64,000 nucleotides of DNA from Micromonosporaceae bacterium (GCA_036506495.1 DASXRQ010000253.1:163-64162); one strand, 5' to 3'; positions 44,715-55,665 are shown, numbered from the stretch's first letter. Numbers and translations: made by a program. Notes: generated from the letters alone by a model not told the origin.

Positions 44715-46195
44715 CCGCGAAGACGGGGGCCGTGGTGTGCGCGCCGCTGCGGGTGGAGCGGCTGGCGCTGCGCCGGACTCGGGCCCCGGTGGTCCGCACC
44801 GGCATGGGTCCGCGCCGTGCGGCAAGGGCGGCGGCGCTGCTGGCCGGCCGTCCGGTCCTGGTGGCCGGCGTCGGTGGCGGCCTCGGCCCGGAGGTGCGCC
44901 CCGGCGATCTGGTGGTCGCCACCGAGGTACGCGGGCCGGACGGTGCCCGGTGGCCGTGCCCGTCCGCGCCGCTGCTAGCGGCCGAGCTGCGCCGAAACGG
45001 CCTGACCGTCCACCTCGGACCGGTCGCGTCGCGCGCCCGGGTGGTCGACGGCCGGACCCGGCGGGAGCTGGCGGCCACCGGCGCGCTCGCCGTCGACAAC
45101 GAATCGGCCTGGCTCGCCGAACGGGCCGGTCCGCTCGCGGTCATCCGCGCAATCGTGGACACCGAGCGGGCGCCCCTCTGGCACCCGGGCACGGTGTCCC
45201 GGGGCATCCGCGCGCTGCGGGCGCTCGCCCGGGCAGCGCCCGCGATCGACGCGTGGGCAGCGGCCGCCCACCCGCGCCGCGTGCTGCTCGCCCACCCTCG
45301 GTCGTTCTGCGCCGGCGTCGAGCGCGCGATCGAGGTCGTGGAGCGCGCGCTCGATAAGTACGGCCCGCCCGTATACGTGCGCCGGCAGATCGTCCACAAC
45401 GCGCACGTCGTGCGGGACCTCGAGCGGCGTGGCGCGGTCTTCGTCACCGACGTGGACGAGGTGCCGGCCGGTGGGGTGCTCGTGTTCGCCGCGCACGGCG
45501 TGTCGCCGGCGGTCCGGGCCGCGGCCGGCGATCGGAACCTGTCCGTCATCGACGCCACTTGCCCTCTCGTGGCCAAGGTGCACGCCGAGGTCCGTCGGCA
45601 TGCCGGCCGGGGCCGCACCATCTTCCTGATCGGCCACGCCGACCACGAGGAGGTCGAGGGCACCCTCGGCGAGGCGCCGGGCGACGTCGTGGTGGTCGGC
45701 GACGCCGACGCGGCGGCCCGGGTGGTGCCGCCCGACCCGCAGCGGGTGGCGTACGCGATGCAGACCACCCTCGCCGTCGACGAGGCGGCGCGGGTCGTGG
45801 ACGTGCTGCGTGCGCGCTTCCCGGCGCTGCGGGCGCCGGCCAGCGACGACATCTGCTACGCCACGACGAACCGCCAGCGGGCCGTCCGGGACATCGCCGG
45901 CGCCTGCGACCTGATGCTGGTCCTGGGCTCGGCGAACTCGTCGAACTCGGTGCGCCTCGTCGAGGTCGCGGAGCGCGCCGGCGTGCCCGCGCGGCTCGTC
46001 GACGACGCCGCGGAGGTCGACCTCCGCACGCTGGCCGCCGCCGACCGCGTCGGCATCACCGCGGGCGCGTCGGCGCCGCCGGATCTTGTCGACCATCTCG
46101 TGAGCTGCCTGGACGGGCTCGGCCCGGTCACCATCGAGGAGTCGGCGGCCCGTCCAGAGACCATGCATTTCGCACTGCCCAAGGAGGTGACCTGA
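44711..46195 (+). CDS. hpnG/ispH: In-frame fusion of HpnG-like hopanoid-associated phosphorylase (about aa 1-190) and 4-hydroxy-3-methylbut-2-enyl diphosphate reductase IspH (about aa 191-494)
   Basis: GTG 44711 overlaps the shc stop (GTGA). The PNP/UDP-type N-terminus has GMGP, VAGVGGGL, PGDLVVA and AVDNESAWLA. The IspH part starts at VLLAHPRSFCAGVERAI (GTG 45281). No stop codon lies between the two parts. Confidence 0.8.
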   Translation: MTAKTGAVVCAPLRVERLALRRTRAPVVRTGMGPRRAARAAALLAGRPVLVAGVGGGLGPEVRPGDLVVATEVRGPDGARWPCPSAPLLAAELRRNGLTVHLGPVASRARVVDGRTRRELAATGALAVDNESAWLAERAGPLAVIRAIVDTERAPLWHPGTVSRGIRALRALARAAPAIDAWAAAAHPRRVLLAHPRSFCAGVERAIEVVERALDKYGPPVYVRRQIVHNAHVVRDLERRGAVFVTDVDEVPAGGVLVFAAHGVSPAVRAAAGDRNLSVIDATCPLVAKVHAEVRRHAGRGRTIFLIGHADHEEVEGTLGEAPGDVVVVGDADAAARVVPPDPQRVAYAMQTTLAVDEAARVVDVLRARFPALRAPASDDICYATTNRQRAVRDIAGACDLMLVLGSANSSNSVRLVEVAERAGVPARLVDDAAEVDLRTLAAADRVGITAGASAPPDLVDHLVSCLDGLGPVTIEESAARPETMHFALPKEVT

Positions 46196-46198
46196 GCG

Positions 46199-47203
46199 AT
46201 GGCCATGCCACTGCGGCAGAGCATCCGACTCGGCCGATATCTCATGAAACAGAAGCTGCTGCGCAGGGAGAAGTTCGCCCTGCTCGTGGAGCTGGAGCCC
46301 CTGTTCGCCTGCAACCTCAAGTGCGCGGGCTGCGGCAAGATCGCTCAGCCGGCGTCCCTGCTCAAGCAGCGGATGCCGGTGGAACAGGCGGTGGCCGCGA
46401 TCGAGGAGAGCGGCGCTCCGATGGTGTCCATCGCCGGTGGCGAGCCGCTGATGCACCCGCAGATCGACGAGATCGTGCGGCAGCTGCTCGCCCGCAAGAA
46501 GATCGTCTTTCTGTGCACGAACGCGCTGCTGCTGCCGAAGCACCTGCACCGCTTCACGCCGCACCGCGACTTCGCCTGGATGGTGCACATCGACGGGCTC
46601 CGCGAGCGGCACGATGAGTCGGTCAATAAGGAGGGCGGCTTCGACGCCGCGGTCGACGCCATCAGGCAGGCCCAGGCGGCCGGTTTCCGGGTGATGACCA
46701 ACACCACGTTCTTCAACATCGACGGCCCGGCCGACGTGATCGGCGTGCTCGACTACCTTAACGACGAGATCAAGGTCGACAATATGCAGATCTCGCCCGG
46801 GTACGCCTATGAGAGGGCGCCCGACCAGGAGCACTGGTTGGGGGTTTCCGAGACGCGCGAGCTGTTCGCGAAGGCGTTCGCGGACGGCCGTCGCCGGCGC
46901 TGGCGGCTCAACCACTCGCCGGTCTTCCTCGACTTCCTGGAGGGCAAACGGGAGCTCGCCTGTACGGCGTGGGGCATCCCGTCGTACTCGCTGCTCGGCT
47001 GGCAGCGGCCCTGCTACCTGCTCGATGACGGGTACGCCGCGACGTACCGCGAGCTGATCGAGGAGACCGACTGGGCCGCGTTCGGCCGTGGCAAGGACCC
47101 GCGCTGCGCCAACTGCATGGCCCATTGCGGGTACGAGCCGACCGCGGTCATCGCCACGATCGGTTCGCTGAAGGAGACGATCCGCGCCGCGGTCGGTGGG
47201 TGA
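46199..47203 (+). CDS. hpnH: Adenosyl-hopene transferase HpnH (radical SAM)
   Basis: Radical SAM motif [11 protein letters not shown]-terminal Cys cluster [12 protein letters not shown]. Position in the cluster supports the call. Confidence 0.9.
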   Translation: MAMPLRQSIRLGRYLMKQKLLRREKFALLVELEPLFACNLKCAGCGKIAQPASLLKQRMPVEQAVAAIEESGAPMVSIAGGEPLMHPQIDEIVRQLLARKKIVFLCTNALLLPKHLHRFTPHRDFAWMVHIDGLRERHDESVNKEGGFDAAVDAIRQAQAAGFRVMTNTTFFNIDGPADVIGVLDYLNDEIKVDNMQISPGYAYERAPDQEHWLGVSETRELFAKAFADGRRRRWRLNHSPVFLDFLEGKRELACTAWGIPSYSLLGWQRPCYLLDDGYAATYRELIEETDWAAFGRGKDPRCANCMAHCGYEPTAVIATIGSLKETIRAAVGG

Positions 47204-47208
47204 CCGAC

Positions 47209-48951
47209 ATGGCCCTGCTGGACACGGTCGCCTGCCCCGCCGACCTGCGGGCGTTGCCGGAGTCGGCGCTGCCCGCGTTGGCCGCGGAGATCCGGGAACG
47301 GCTCATCGAGTCCGTGCGGCGTACGGGCGGTCACCTCGGGCCGAACCTTGGCGTGGTCGAGCTGACCATCGCGCTGCATCGGGTCTTCGACTCGCCACGC
47401 GACGCGATCGTCTGGGACACCGGACACCAGGCGTACGTCCACAAGATGCTCACCGGCCGCGCCGACCGACTGGACGGCCTGCGCCAGCGCGGTGGGCTGT
47501 CCGGCTATCCCAGCCGCGCGGAGAGCGACCACGATCTCATCGAGAACTCGCACGCCTCGACCGCGCTGTCCTACTTGGACGGTCTGGCGAAGGCTTTCGC
47601 GCTGTGTGGCGCGTCGGACCGGGCCGCCGTGGCCGTCGTGGGCGACGGGGCGCTGACCGGCGGCATGTGCTGGGAGGCGTTGAACAACATCGCCGCCGCG
47701 CGGCACCGGCCGGTGGTGATCGTGCTCAACGACAACGGCCGATCGTACGCGCCGACCGCCGGCGCACTCGGCCGCCACCTCGCGAAGCTGCGCGCCGGCG
47801 CGGGCCTGTCCCTGTTCGAGCAGCTGGGCATCGGCTACGTCGGACCCGTCGACGGACACGACACGGTCGCCGTTGAGGCCGCGCTGCGCAAGGCGCGTGA
47901 CCTCGGCACACCGACCGTCGTGCACTGCGTGACCCGCAAGGGCTTCGGCCACCCGCCGGCCGAGGCCGACGAGGCGGACCGCATGCACTCCATCGGACCG
48001 GCCGTGCCGGCCGGCGTGGCGAAGCCCGCGAGCTGGACCGAGGTCTTCGCGGCGGAGATGGTGGCGATCGGCGCCGAGCGGCACGACGTGGTGGCCCTGA
48101 GTGCCGCCATGCTCGGTCCGACGGGGCTGCAGGCGTTCGCGGACCGCTACCCTGACCGCGCGTTCGACGTGGGCATCGCCGAGCAGCATGCCGTGACGTC
48201 GGCGGCCGGCCTCGCGATGGGCGGCCTGCACCCCGTCGTGTGCATCTACTCGACATTCCTCAACCGCGCCCTCGACCAGGTGCTGATGGACGTGGCGCTG
48301 CACGGGTTGCCCGTCACGTTCGTACTGGACCGGGCGGGCATCACCGGCAGCGACGGCCCCTCGCACCACGGCATGTGGGACCTGTCCCTGCTGGGCATGG
48401 TGCCCGGCATGCGGGTCGCCGCGCCGCGGGACGGTCGCCAGCTGCGGCTCGAGCTTCGCGAGGCTGTCAACCACGCCGATGGCCCGAGCACGGTGCGCTT
48501 CCCGAAGGCCGATGTGGGCCCGGAGTTGCCCGCGGTCGGGCGGCTGGGCTCCGCCGACGTGCTGTGCGCCGCCGCCGACGCCGATCTGCTGCTGATCGCG
48601 GCCGGCGCGACGGCCGGCCCCGCGCTCGCCGCCGCCGGCGAACTGCGCCGGGCCGGTCACGCCGTGACGGTCGTGGATCCCCGCTGGCTGTTGCCGGTCG
48701 ACCCGGCCCTGGTGGCGGCCGCGGCCGGCCACGAGCACGTCGTCACGGTCGAGGACAACGGCGAGCACGGCGGCTACGGCGACGCGTTCGCGCGCGCGGT
48801 CCGGGCCGCCGGCGTGACCGTCCCGATGCGGACGCTCGCACTGCCGCAGCGCTTCCTGGCACACGGTTCGCGGGGCGGGATCCTAAGCGATCAGGGGTTG
48901 GACGGCCGGGGAATCGCCGCCGCCGTGCTCGAGGCGCAGGTCTGGAGCTAG
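47209..48951 (+). CDS. dxs: 1-deoxy-D-xylulose-5-phosphate synthase (cluster-associated copy)
   Basis: Motifs [31 protein letters not shown] and DGPSHHG. 580 aa from ATG 47209, which is short for the family. Confidence 0.9.
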   Translation: MALLDTVACPADLRALPESALPALAAEIRERLIESVRRTGGHLGPNLGVVELTIALHRVFDSPRDAIVWDTGHQAYVHKMLTGRADRLDGLRQRGGLSGYPSRAESDHDLIENSHASTALSYLDGLAKAFALCGASDRAAVAVVGDGALTGGMCWEALNNIAAARHRPVVIVLNDNGRSYAPTAGALGRHLAKLRAGAGLSLFEQLGIGYVGPVDGHDTVAVEAALRKARDLGTPTVVHCVTRKGFGHPPAEADEADRMHSIGPAVPAGVAKPASWTEVFAAEMVAIGAERHDVVALSAAMLGPTGLQAFADRYPDRAFDVGIAEQHAVTSAAGLAMGGLHPVVCIYSTFLNRALDQVLMDVALHGLPVTFVLDRAGITGSDGPSHHGMWDLSLLGMVPGMRVAAPRDGRQLRLELREAVNHADGPSTVRFPKADVGPELPAVGRLGSADVLCAAADADLLLIAAGATAGPALAAAGELRRAGHAVTVVDPRWLLPVDPALVAAAAGHEHVVTVEDNGEHGGYGDAFARAVRAAGVTVPMRTLALPQRFLAHGSRGGILSDQGLDGRGIAAAVLEAQVWS

Positions 48952-51299
48952 CGGGCCCAGCGGCGGCCGAGCCGCCAGGCCAGCTCCATCAGCACGATTC
49001 CGACCGCGGCGCAGGTAAGGGCGACCATCGTGAACCGCGGGTTGCTCGGGTCGAGGTCGAGGATCCGCTGCGTCGGTGGCGCCACGAACATCAGCGTCGA
49101 CAGCGCCGCCATCCCCGCGATCAGGGCGATCTTCCACCAGGTGTACGGCCGCGCGACGATCGCGAGCAGCCAGAGCGCGATCGCGGTCAGGGTGATGAGC
49201 GCGCTGGTGCTGGCCTGGACCTTGTCCCGGGTGCTGGCGGCGTTGCCGGGGTACACCACGACGTAGCAGACGAAGCAGGCGACCGAGATCACGATGCCGG
49301 CCGGCAGCGCCGCGTGCATCACCCGGGCGACGAAGCCGGGTCGGGCGCGCTCCGCGTTCGGGGCCAGGGACAGCACGAACGCGGGTAGCCCGATCGTGAA
49401 CCACCCGGTGATGGTCACGTGTCGGGGCAGGAACGGATAGGGCAGCGGATCGAGGGCGATCAATCCTGGGACACCGACCATGACCGCCAGCAGGACGGAG
49501 TACATCGTCTTGGTGAGAAAGAGCGTGGACACCCGCTCGATGTTGCCGATGACGCGGCGACCCTCCGCGACGACGTGGGGCAGTGTGGCGAACCTGTTGT
49601 CCAGCAGCACGATCTGGGCCACCGTGCGGGCGGCCGGGCTCCCGGAGCCCATCGCGACGCCGATATCCGCGTCCTTGAGCGCGAGCACGTCGTTGACGCC
49701 GTCGCCGGTCATCGCGACGGTGTGCCCGCTCGCGTGCAGCGCCTGGACCATCGAACGCTTCTGTGCGGGGGTGACCCGGCCGAAGACGGTGGCATCCTCC
49801 ATCGCCGCGGCGAGGCGCTCGGGATCCTCGGGGAGGGTTCGCGCGTCGACCGGATGGTCGGCGCCCCGCAGACCCAGCGACGCGGCGACCGAGCCGACCG
49901 CACGGGCGCTGTCGCCGGAGATTACCTTCACGGTGACGTCCTGGCTGGCGAAGTACGCCAGCGTTGTCCGCGCGTCCGGGCGCACGCGCTGCTCCAACAC
50001 GACAAGCGCCTCCGGGTCGACCGAGCCGGGCGCCCCGGTGGCGTCGACAGCGCGGTCGGCGCGACCGAGCACGAGCACGCGCAGTCCCCGGGCGGCGGTC
50101 TCCTCGGCGTCCGCCCGCTCGGCGTTGCCGGCCGGCAGCAGCACATCCGGCGCACCGAGCACCCAATTCCCCTGCCGGTCGAAGCCCGCGCCGCTCCATT
50201 TGCGCGCGGAGGAGAACGGAGCGACCGCGCGAGGTCGCCAGCCCGGGCCGGTTGGGTACGCGTCGCGGATCGCCTGCAAGGTGGCGTTCGGGTGAGCATC
50301 CGCTCCGGCGAGCGCGGCCAAGGCCTCGTCCACGGCGCGCTCGTCGTCGCCGGTCGGACGCACCTCCGTGACGCGCATCGCGTTGTCGGTGAGCGTGCCG
50401 GTCTTGTCGGCGCACACGACGTCGACCCGGGCCAGCCCCTCGATCGCCGGCAGCTCGTTGACGAGGCACTGTCGCCGGCCGAGCCGGATGACACCCACCG
50501 CGAACGCGATCGCCGTCAGTAGGACGAGCCCCTCGGGCACCATCGGAACCAGCGCCGCGACCATTCCGCGCAGCGCCTGCTGCAGGGGCTGGTCGCCTGC
50601 GAGTTGGTTGTAGATCGACAGCGCGCCGGCCGGAACCAACAGGAAGGTGATGAACCGCAGGATCCGGTTGATGCCGTTGCGGAGGTCGGAGTTGACCAAC
50701 GTAAACTTGCTCGCCTCGGCCGCAAGCTGCGCCGCGTACGCCTCGCGTCCCACCCGAGTGGCGACGTAGAGCCCGCTGCCCGCGGCCACGAAGCTGCCCG
50801 AGAGGACCCGGTCGCCACCGGTCTTCACGACGGGCTCCGACTCGCCGCTGAGCAGCGATTCGTCGACCTCGAGCGCCTCGTCGGCGATCACCTCGCCGTC
50901 GACGACGATCTGGTCGCCCGCGGCCACCTCGATGACGTCGTCGGCGACCACCTCGTTCGGCGCGAGCTGCCGCGTCTCGCCGTCGCGACGCACGCGCGGC
51001 CTGGCCTGCCCAATGATGGACAGCCGGTCGAGCGTGCGCTTCGCACGCAGCTCCTGGACGATGCCGATCACGCTGTTGGCGATGATCAGGCCGCCGAAAA
51101 GGCCGTCCAGCAGGTACCCCGTGGACGCGATGATCGCGAACAGCACCGTGAAGATCGCGTTTATCCGGGTGAAGAGGTTGGCCCGGACGATCTCCCAGGT
51201 GCCGCGGCTGGTCCGGCTGGGCACGTCGTTGGCGCGCCCGTCGGCCCGTCGCTGCGCGACCTGCTCGGAGGTCAGACCGCGCTCATCGGCCCGGGTCAT
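48948..51299 (-). CDS. Cation-translocating P-type ATPase (HAD-IC; CtpE-like)
   Basis: 783 aa with motifs DKTGTLT and TGDGVNDV. The N-terminus is collinear with mycobacterial CtpE as I recall it. Confidence 0.9.
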   Translation of the reverse strand: MTRADERGLTSEQVAQRRADGRANDVPSRTSRGTWEIVRANLFTRINAIFTVLFAIIASTGYLLDGLFGGLIIANSVIGIVQELRAKRTLDRLSIIGQARPRVRRDGETRQLAPNEVVADDVIEVAAGDQIVVDGEVIADEALEVDESLLSGESEPVVKTGGDRVLSGSFVAAGSGLYVATRVGREAYAAQLAAEASKFTLVNSDLRNGINRILRFITFLLVPAGALSIYNQLAGDQPLQQALRGMVAALVPMVPEGLVLLTAIAFAVGVIRLGRRQCLVNELPAIEGLARVDVVCADKTGTLTDNAMRVTEVRPTGDDERAVDEALAALAGADAHPNATLQAIRDAYPTGPGWRPRAVAPFSSARKWSGAGFDRQGNWVLGAPDVLLPAGNAERADAEETAARGLRVLVLGRADRAVDATGAPGSVDPEALVVLEQRVRPDARTTLAYFASQDVTVKVISGDSARAVGSVAASLGLRGADHPVDARTLPEDPERLAAAMEDATVFGRVTPAQKRSMVQALHASGHTVAMTGDGVNDVLALKDADIGVAMGSGSPAARTVAQIVLLDNRFATLPHVVAEGRRVIGNIERVSTLFLTKTMYSVLLAVMVGVPGLIALDPLPYPFLPRHVTITGWFTIGLPAFVLSLAPNAERARPGFVARVMHAALPAGIVISVACFVCYVVVYPGNAASTRDKVQASTSALITLTAIALWLLAIVARPYTWWKIALIAGMAALSTLMFVAPPTQRILDLDPSNPRFTMVALTCAAVGIVLMELAWRLGRRWAR

Positions 51300-51425
51300 G
51301 GTCTCTTCGTACTATGTGTAGGGCCAGCGCCTGACCACCTCCGGCATGTTCGTACGCGTCCTACGTGCCCTGATTCAGGAATGAATCGCCCCGGTCGGGA
51401 AGACGGCGCGAACACTGAGCCGTGT

Positions 51426-52289
51426 TCAGTCCACTTCGGCGCTTCCCGTGACCTGCAGCTTGCGCAGCGCCCTCTGGTAGAACGTGGTCCGGCCCAGCCG
51501 GACGACCCGGGCCGCCGAGGGAACCGTGGTCACGGTCAGCGAGTCGCCGGCGGACAGGTGGGTCCGGACGAGGCCGTCGACCTCGACGGCGACCTCTCCG
51601 CTGGTCGAGAGCAGATCCAGGCGGACGGACTCCTCGCAGGCGAGGACGAGCGCGCGGCTGAACGTCGAATGGGCAGCCGCGGGGACCACGACGAAACCCT
51701 CGACGGTGGGCGACATGATCGGCCCGCCAGCAGAGAAGCTGTACGCGGTCGACCCGGTTGCCGTCGCCACGATGATCGCGTCAGCGGCGTAGTTGACGAA
51801 CCGGTCGTCGTTGACCGCGACGCCGACCGCGACGAGGCGATGCCCTGGGATGCGTACGAGGACGATGTCGTTGAACGCGGTCACCTCGGACCCGTCGGGC
51901 AGCCGCGTCGTGACCGCAGCCCGGGGCTCCACTGTGTACTCGCCGGCGTCGATGGCGGACAGCGCGGCCGGCAGCTCCTCGACGTCGATCTCGGCGAGGA
52001 ACCCCAGGCGGCCGAGGTTGACGCCGAGGAGTGGGGTCGCCTTCTCGGCCGCCAGCCGCATCGCGCGGAGCATCGTCCCGTCCCCACCGAGGCCGACGAG
52101 CAGGTCGGCCCGGGCGACGAGCTCCGCGGCATCGGCTGGTTGTGCCCGGCACTCGATCCGCTCGATTTCGTCGGGCAGACCCAGCACCGTAATCGACCGC
52201 GCGGCCGCCCAGTCGACCACGGCGTCGACCGCGGACTTGGGGTCCCGGGCGGGGTGCAGCACCAGGCCGACGGTGGTGATCACACCCAT
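51426..52289 (-). CDS. nadK: NAD(+) kinase
   Basis: 287 aa with motifs GGDGTML, NLGRLGFL and TGSTAYSFSAGGP. Confidence 0.9.
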   Translation of the reverse strand: MGVITTVGLVLHPARDPKSAVDAVVDWAAARSITVLGLPDEIERIECRAQPADAAELVARADLLVGLGGDGTMLRAMRLAAEKATPLLGVNLGRLGFLAEIDVEELPAALSAIDAGEYTVEPRAAVTTRLPDGSEVTAFNDIVLVRIPGHRLVAVGVAVNDDRFVNYAADAIIVATATGSTAYSFSAGGPIMSPTVEGFVVVPAAAHSTFSRALVLACEESVRLDLLSTSGEVAVEVDGLVRTHLSAGDSLTVTTVPSAARVVRLGRTTFYQRALRKLQVTGSAEVD

Positions 52290-52387
52290 GGCCGCATTCT
52301 ACGGGCGGGCGATGGTGCGACTGGGGTCGCAACGGTTATCCTCGTGAGCCCTAGATCCTCTGGCCCGCGCTTGAGAGAATCCCGTAT

Positions 52388-53545
52388 ATGTCGACGGTCG
52401 TGCAGTCACCTCGGGTGCGGCGACTGCCTCAGGTGGACAACCTGAAGACGGTCATGGTCGCGTGGATCATCGCCGGCCACGCCCTGCTCGGCTACTCGGT
52501 CGTCGGCGGCTGGCCGTACGACGAGGTCCACGAGGTCACGCTCGAGCGGCGTTCGGAGCTGGTCCTCGCCGTCGTGCTCGGCCCATCGGCGCTGTTCGTC
52601 GTCGGCACGTTCTTCTTCCTGGCCGGACTGTTCGCGCCGGGTTCCATCGCCCGCCGGGGACCGGCTGGGTTCGCCGCGGACCGGCTGGTGCGTATCGGCG
52701 TACCGTGGCTGTCCTTCATGCTGGTGGTCTGGCCGCTGTTCATGTGGTTCGCCTACCGGGCGGCCGGCCGAAACGTGTCGTACTGGTGGGAGTTCACCCA
52801 CCGGCAGCCGTTCCTCGACTCGGGCCCGCTCTGGTTCGCCGAGGTCCTGCTCTTTATCTCGCTCGGGTACGCCGCGTGGCGCGGGTTCGCGGCCAAGCTG
52901 GGACGGACGCCCGATCCCACCCCCCGGCCGTTGGGCGGTGGTCATCTGGCCACCCTCGCGGCCGGCGTCGCGCTCACGTCGTTCGTCGTCCGGCTGTGGT
53001 TCCCCGCGCGCAGCACCCAGATCCTGGACCTGCACCTGTGGCAGTGGCCGCAGAGCGTGGCGATGTTCGGCCTCGGCGTCGTGACCGCCCGACGCGGTTG
53101 GGCCGCCACCGTGCCCGATCAGATTCACCGGGCCTGCGGTCGAGCGGTGGTCGTCACGCTGGCCACCGTGCCGGCGCTGGCCATTGGCCTGCGGATCACC
53201 GACGTCGCCGAGGACGCCTCCCCGTGGGTCGGCGGTTGGCACTGGCAGGCCCTGGTGCTGGCCTCCGTCGAGGCGTCGCTGGTGGTCGCGGGCTCGGTGT
53301 GGGTGCTCGGCACGGCCCAGCGCCGCCTCGTGGGCGATGGCCGGCTCGCCGCGACCTGGGGCCGCAGCGCGTTCGCCGCGTTCGTCCTGCAGGCGCCGGT
53401 GCTGCTGACCCTCGCGATCGCGGCCCGGCCGCTGCCCGTGCCGGCCGAGGCCAAGGCGTTCCTCGTCGGGGCGCTCGCCGTGCCGCTGAGCTTCTACCTG
53501 GGGTGGCTGGTCATCGACCAGACCCGTCTCGGTCGGGTGCTGTGA
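52388..53545 (+). CDS. Acyltransferase family 3 membrane protein
   Basis: 385 aa, about 10 TM helices, N-terminal motif DNLKTVMVAWIIAGHA. Confidence 0.75.
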   Translation: MSTVVQSPRVRRLPQVDNLKTVMVAWIIAGHALLGYSVVGGWPYDEVHEVTLERRSELVLAVVLGPSALFVVGTFFFLAGLFAPGSIARRGPAGFAADRLVRIGVPWLSFMLVVWPLFMWFAYRAAGRNVSYWWEFTHRQPFLDSGPLWFAEVLLFISLGYAAWRGFAAKLGRTPDPTPRPLGGGHLATLAAGVALTSFVVRLWFPARSTQILDLHLWQWPQSVAMFGLGVVTARRGWAATVPDQIHRACGRAVVVTLATVPALAIGLRITDVAEDASPWVGGWHWQALVLASVEASLVVAGSVWVLGTAQRRLVGDGRLAATWGRSAFAAFVLQAPVLLTLAIAARPLPVPAEAKAFLVGALAVPLSFYLGWLVIDQTRLGRVL

Positions 53546-53554
53546 CCGCGGGCG

Positions 53555-54550
53555 TCAATGGCAGGACGCCGACCCCGCGTCGGTGAAGCGACCGCCGGCC
53601 GCCGGCAGGAACCGCCAGTCGTAGCCGGCGGCACGCAGCGTCAACCGGAGCACGCCGTTGCTGGTCGCGTTCCGGACCTCGCTATTCGGCTGGATGGCGC
53701 CGAACGCGTAGTGACTGGCGCCACCCGTGCCGACGACGAACTCGCGGACGCCGTGGGCGGGATCGGCCACGCCGGCCGGCGTCTGCGGCGCGAACCGTTC
53801 GTACTGGTGGTTGTGACCGGAGAGGACCACCTCGGCGCCGGCGTCGAAGAGCGCCCGGAAGATGGGGCGCATCGCGGTGTCGCCGGGGTGCACGGCGCCC
53901 GACGTGAACAGCGGGTGGTGCCAGTACGCCAGCGTGCAGGCGCGCCGCGACCGGGCCAGGTCGGCGCGTAGCCAGCGCTCCTGCGATGAACCGGCCTGGC
54001 AGCCGCCGACCGCTCCGCAGTTGGAGTTGACGACGACGATGTGCCAGGCGCCCAGGTCGTACGAGTAGTACCCCTTGGTCGGGTCGCCGGCGGCGGCGCC
54101 GAAGTAGTCGAAATACCCGCGGGCGCCGGGGGTCTGGTACTCGTGGTTACCCGGAGTCGGTCGCGTCCGGTCGCGGAAGCGGCTCCACGCCGGTGCGTAG
54201 CACCGGGCGAAATCGGCGGCCGACCCGTTCGGGTACGCGATGTCGCCGAGCGCCGCGAACTCGCCGGCCACGCGGGCGACTACGGCGGCCGTCGCCTCGT
54301 CACCCGTCGAGGCACACGAGCCGATGTCGCCGGCGGCGAGCAACGTGACGGTGGGGCTCGTCGACGGAGTCGGTGCGGTGCCCGTGCCCGAGGGTCGGGA
54401 TCCGGTCGGCGTCGCCGCGCCGGTCGGGGTCGGCGCGGCGGTCGTCGAGCCGGTGCCGCCCGACTCGGCCGCCGGTCCGTGGGCGGCGGGGCAGCCGGCC
54501 AGGACGACCGCCGCGATGGCCAACGCGGTCGCGACCGAGAGGGACCGCAT
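53555..54550 (-). CDS. Metallophosphoesterase lipoprotein
   Basis: Lipobox VLAGC, Pro/Thr-rich linker, and motifs GDIAYPNG, GNHEY and GHNHQYER. An alternative start is at 54574. Confidence 0.8.
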   Translation of the reverse strand: MRSLSVATALAIAAVVLAGCPAAHGPAAESGGTGSTTAAPTPTGAATPTGSRPSGTGTAPTPSTSPTVTLLAAGDIGSCASTGDEATAAVVARVAGEFAALGDIAYPNGSAADFARCYAPAWSRFRDRTRPTPGNHEYQTPGARGYFDYFGAAAGDPTKGYYSYDLGAWHIVVVNSNCGAVGGCQAGSSQERWLRADLARSRRACTLAYWHHPLFTSGAVHPGDTAMRPIFRALFDAGAEVVLSGHNHQYERFAPQTPAGVADPAHGVREFVVGTGGASHYAFGAIQPNSEVRNATSNGVLRLTLRAAGYDWRFLPAAGGRFTDAGSASCH

Positions 54551-54693
54551 TCTCGAGCCAGGCGTCACGATCATCAAGCATTGCTCGGACGCATGACTCC
54601 CGCCAACCGGCCCGCGTGTGGCACCTCGGGACGAGCCGCCGGCGGCTAGCATGAGCGCGCACCTTCTCGCGTCCCCCCGAGAGGAGCACGCCG

Positions 54694-55665
54694 TTGCGTC
54701 GAGGGGCGCTGTGCCTCACGGCCACTCTCGCCGCGGCCGTCGCCGTGACGGGCTGTAACACGGCGCCCGAGGCGGCCGAGCCGTTCGGGCTCCGGCCACC
54801 CAACCCGACTCCGACGACCGCGACGACTCCGAGCCCAGGACCCAGCCCGACGCCCGCCAAGCCGAGCCCGACTCCCGTCGCCGCCGAACTGCCGCTCGGC
54901 GGGCGCACCATCTTCCCGCGCTACCGGGTGGTCGCGTACTACGGCACGGCAGGGACCGCCGCGATGGGCGTGCTCGGCGAGGCCGACCCCGACGCCATCC
55001 TGCCGCGGCTGCGCGCGGCTGCCGCCCGCTTCACCACGCAGGGCCGGCGGATTCAGGTCGCCTACGAGCTGATCGTCACCGTGGCGTTGGGCGGGCCGGG
55101 TGCCGACGGGGACTACAGCCACACGATCGATCTGGAGAAGGTCGAGCGGTATGTCGAGGCCGCCCGCCGCAACAAGGTCCTGGTGGTGCTCGACGTCCAA
55201 CCCGGCCGGACGGATTTCCTCACCGAGGTGAAGAAGCTGCGCCGGTTCCTCGTGGAGCCGCATGTCGGCCTCGCGCTCGATCCCGAGTGGCGGGTGGCCG
55301 CCGACCAGATCCCGGGCCGCGTCATCGGCTCGGTGCGGGCCGCGGAGGTCAACGCGGTCTCGAAGTACGTGGCCGACATCGTCCGCGAGTACAGGCTGCC
55401 GGAGAAGCTGTTCCTCCTGCACGAGTTCCGCTCGTCGATGATCCCCGACATCGGCGCCGTGCAGCGCCGTCTGGGCCTGGCGATGGTCCAGCACATCGAC
55501 GGCTTCGGCACGCGCTCGGCGAAGGACGCGACGTTCGCCGGGCTGCGCCGCCCGCAGCAGTTTCATGTCGGCTACAAGCTGTTCTACGACGAGGACATCA
55601 ACATGTACGCACCGCGGGACGTGCTGAGGTTCCGCCCGACGCCGGAGTACATCAGCTACCAGTAG
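54694..55665 (+). CDS. Conserved hypothetical lipoprotein with Pro/Thr-rich linker
   Basis: TTG start after GAGAGGAG. Lipobox VTGC. No family confidently recognised; possibly a glycoside-hydrolase-like TIM barrel. Confidence 0.6.
   Translation: MRRGALCLTATLAAAVAVTGCNTAPEAAEPFGLRPPNPTPTTATTPSPGPSPTPAKPSPTPVAAELPLGGRTIFPRYRVVAYYGTAGTAAMGVLGEADPDAILPRLRAAAARFTTQGRRIQVAYELIVTVALGGPGADGDYSHTIDLEKVERYVEAARRNKVLVVLDVQPGRTDFLTEVKKLRRFLVEPHVGLALDPEWRVAADQIPGRVIGSVRAAEVNAVSKYVADIVREYRLPEKLFLLHEFRSSMIPDIGAVQRRLGLAMVQHIDGFGTRSAKDATFAGLRRPQQFHVGYKLFYDEDINMYAPRDVLRFRPTPEYISYQ

Noticed and set aside
54330-54900. Repetitive Pro/Thr/Ala-coding DNA on both sides of the divergent lipoprotein promoter (also 20340-20620)
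   Set aside because: These are low-complexity linker regions following lipoprotein or signal peptides in ordinary exported proteins. They are not tandem DNA repeats with a defined unit.
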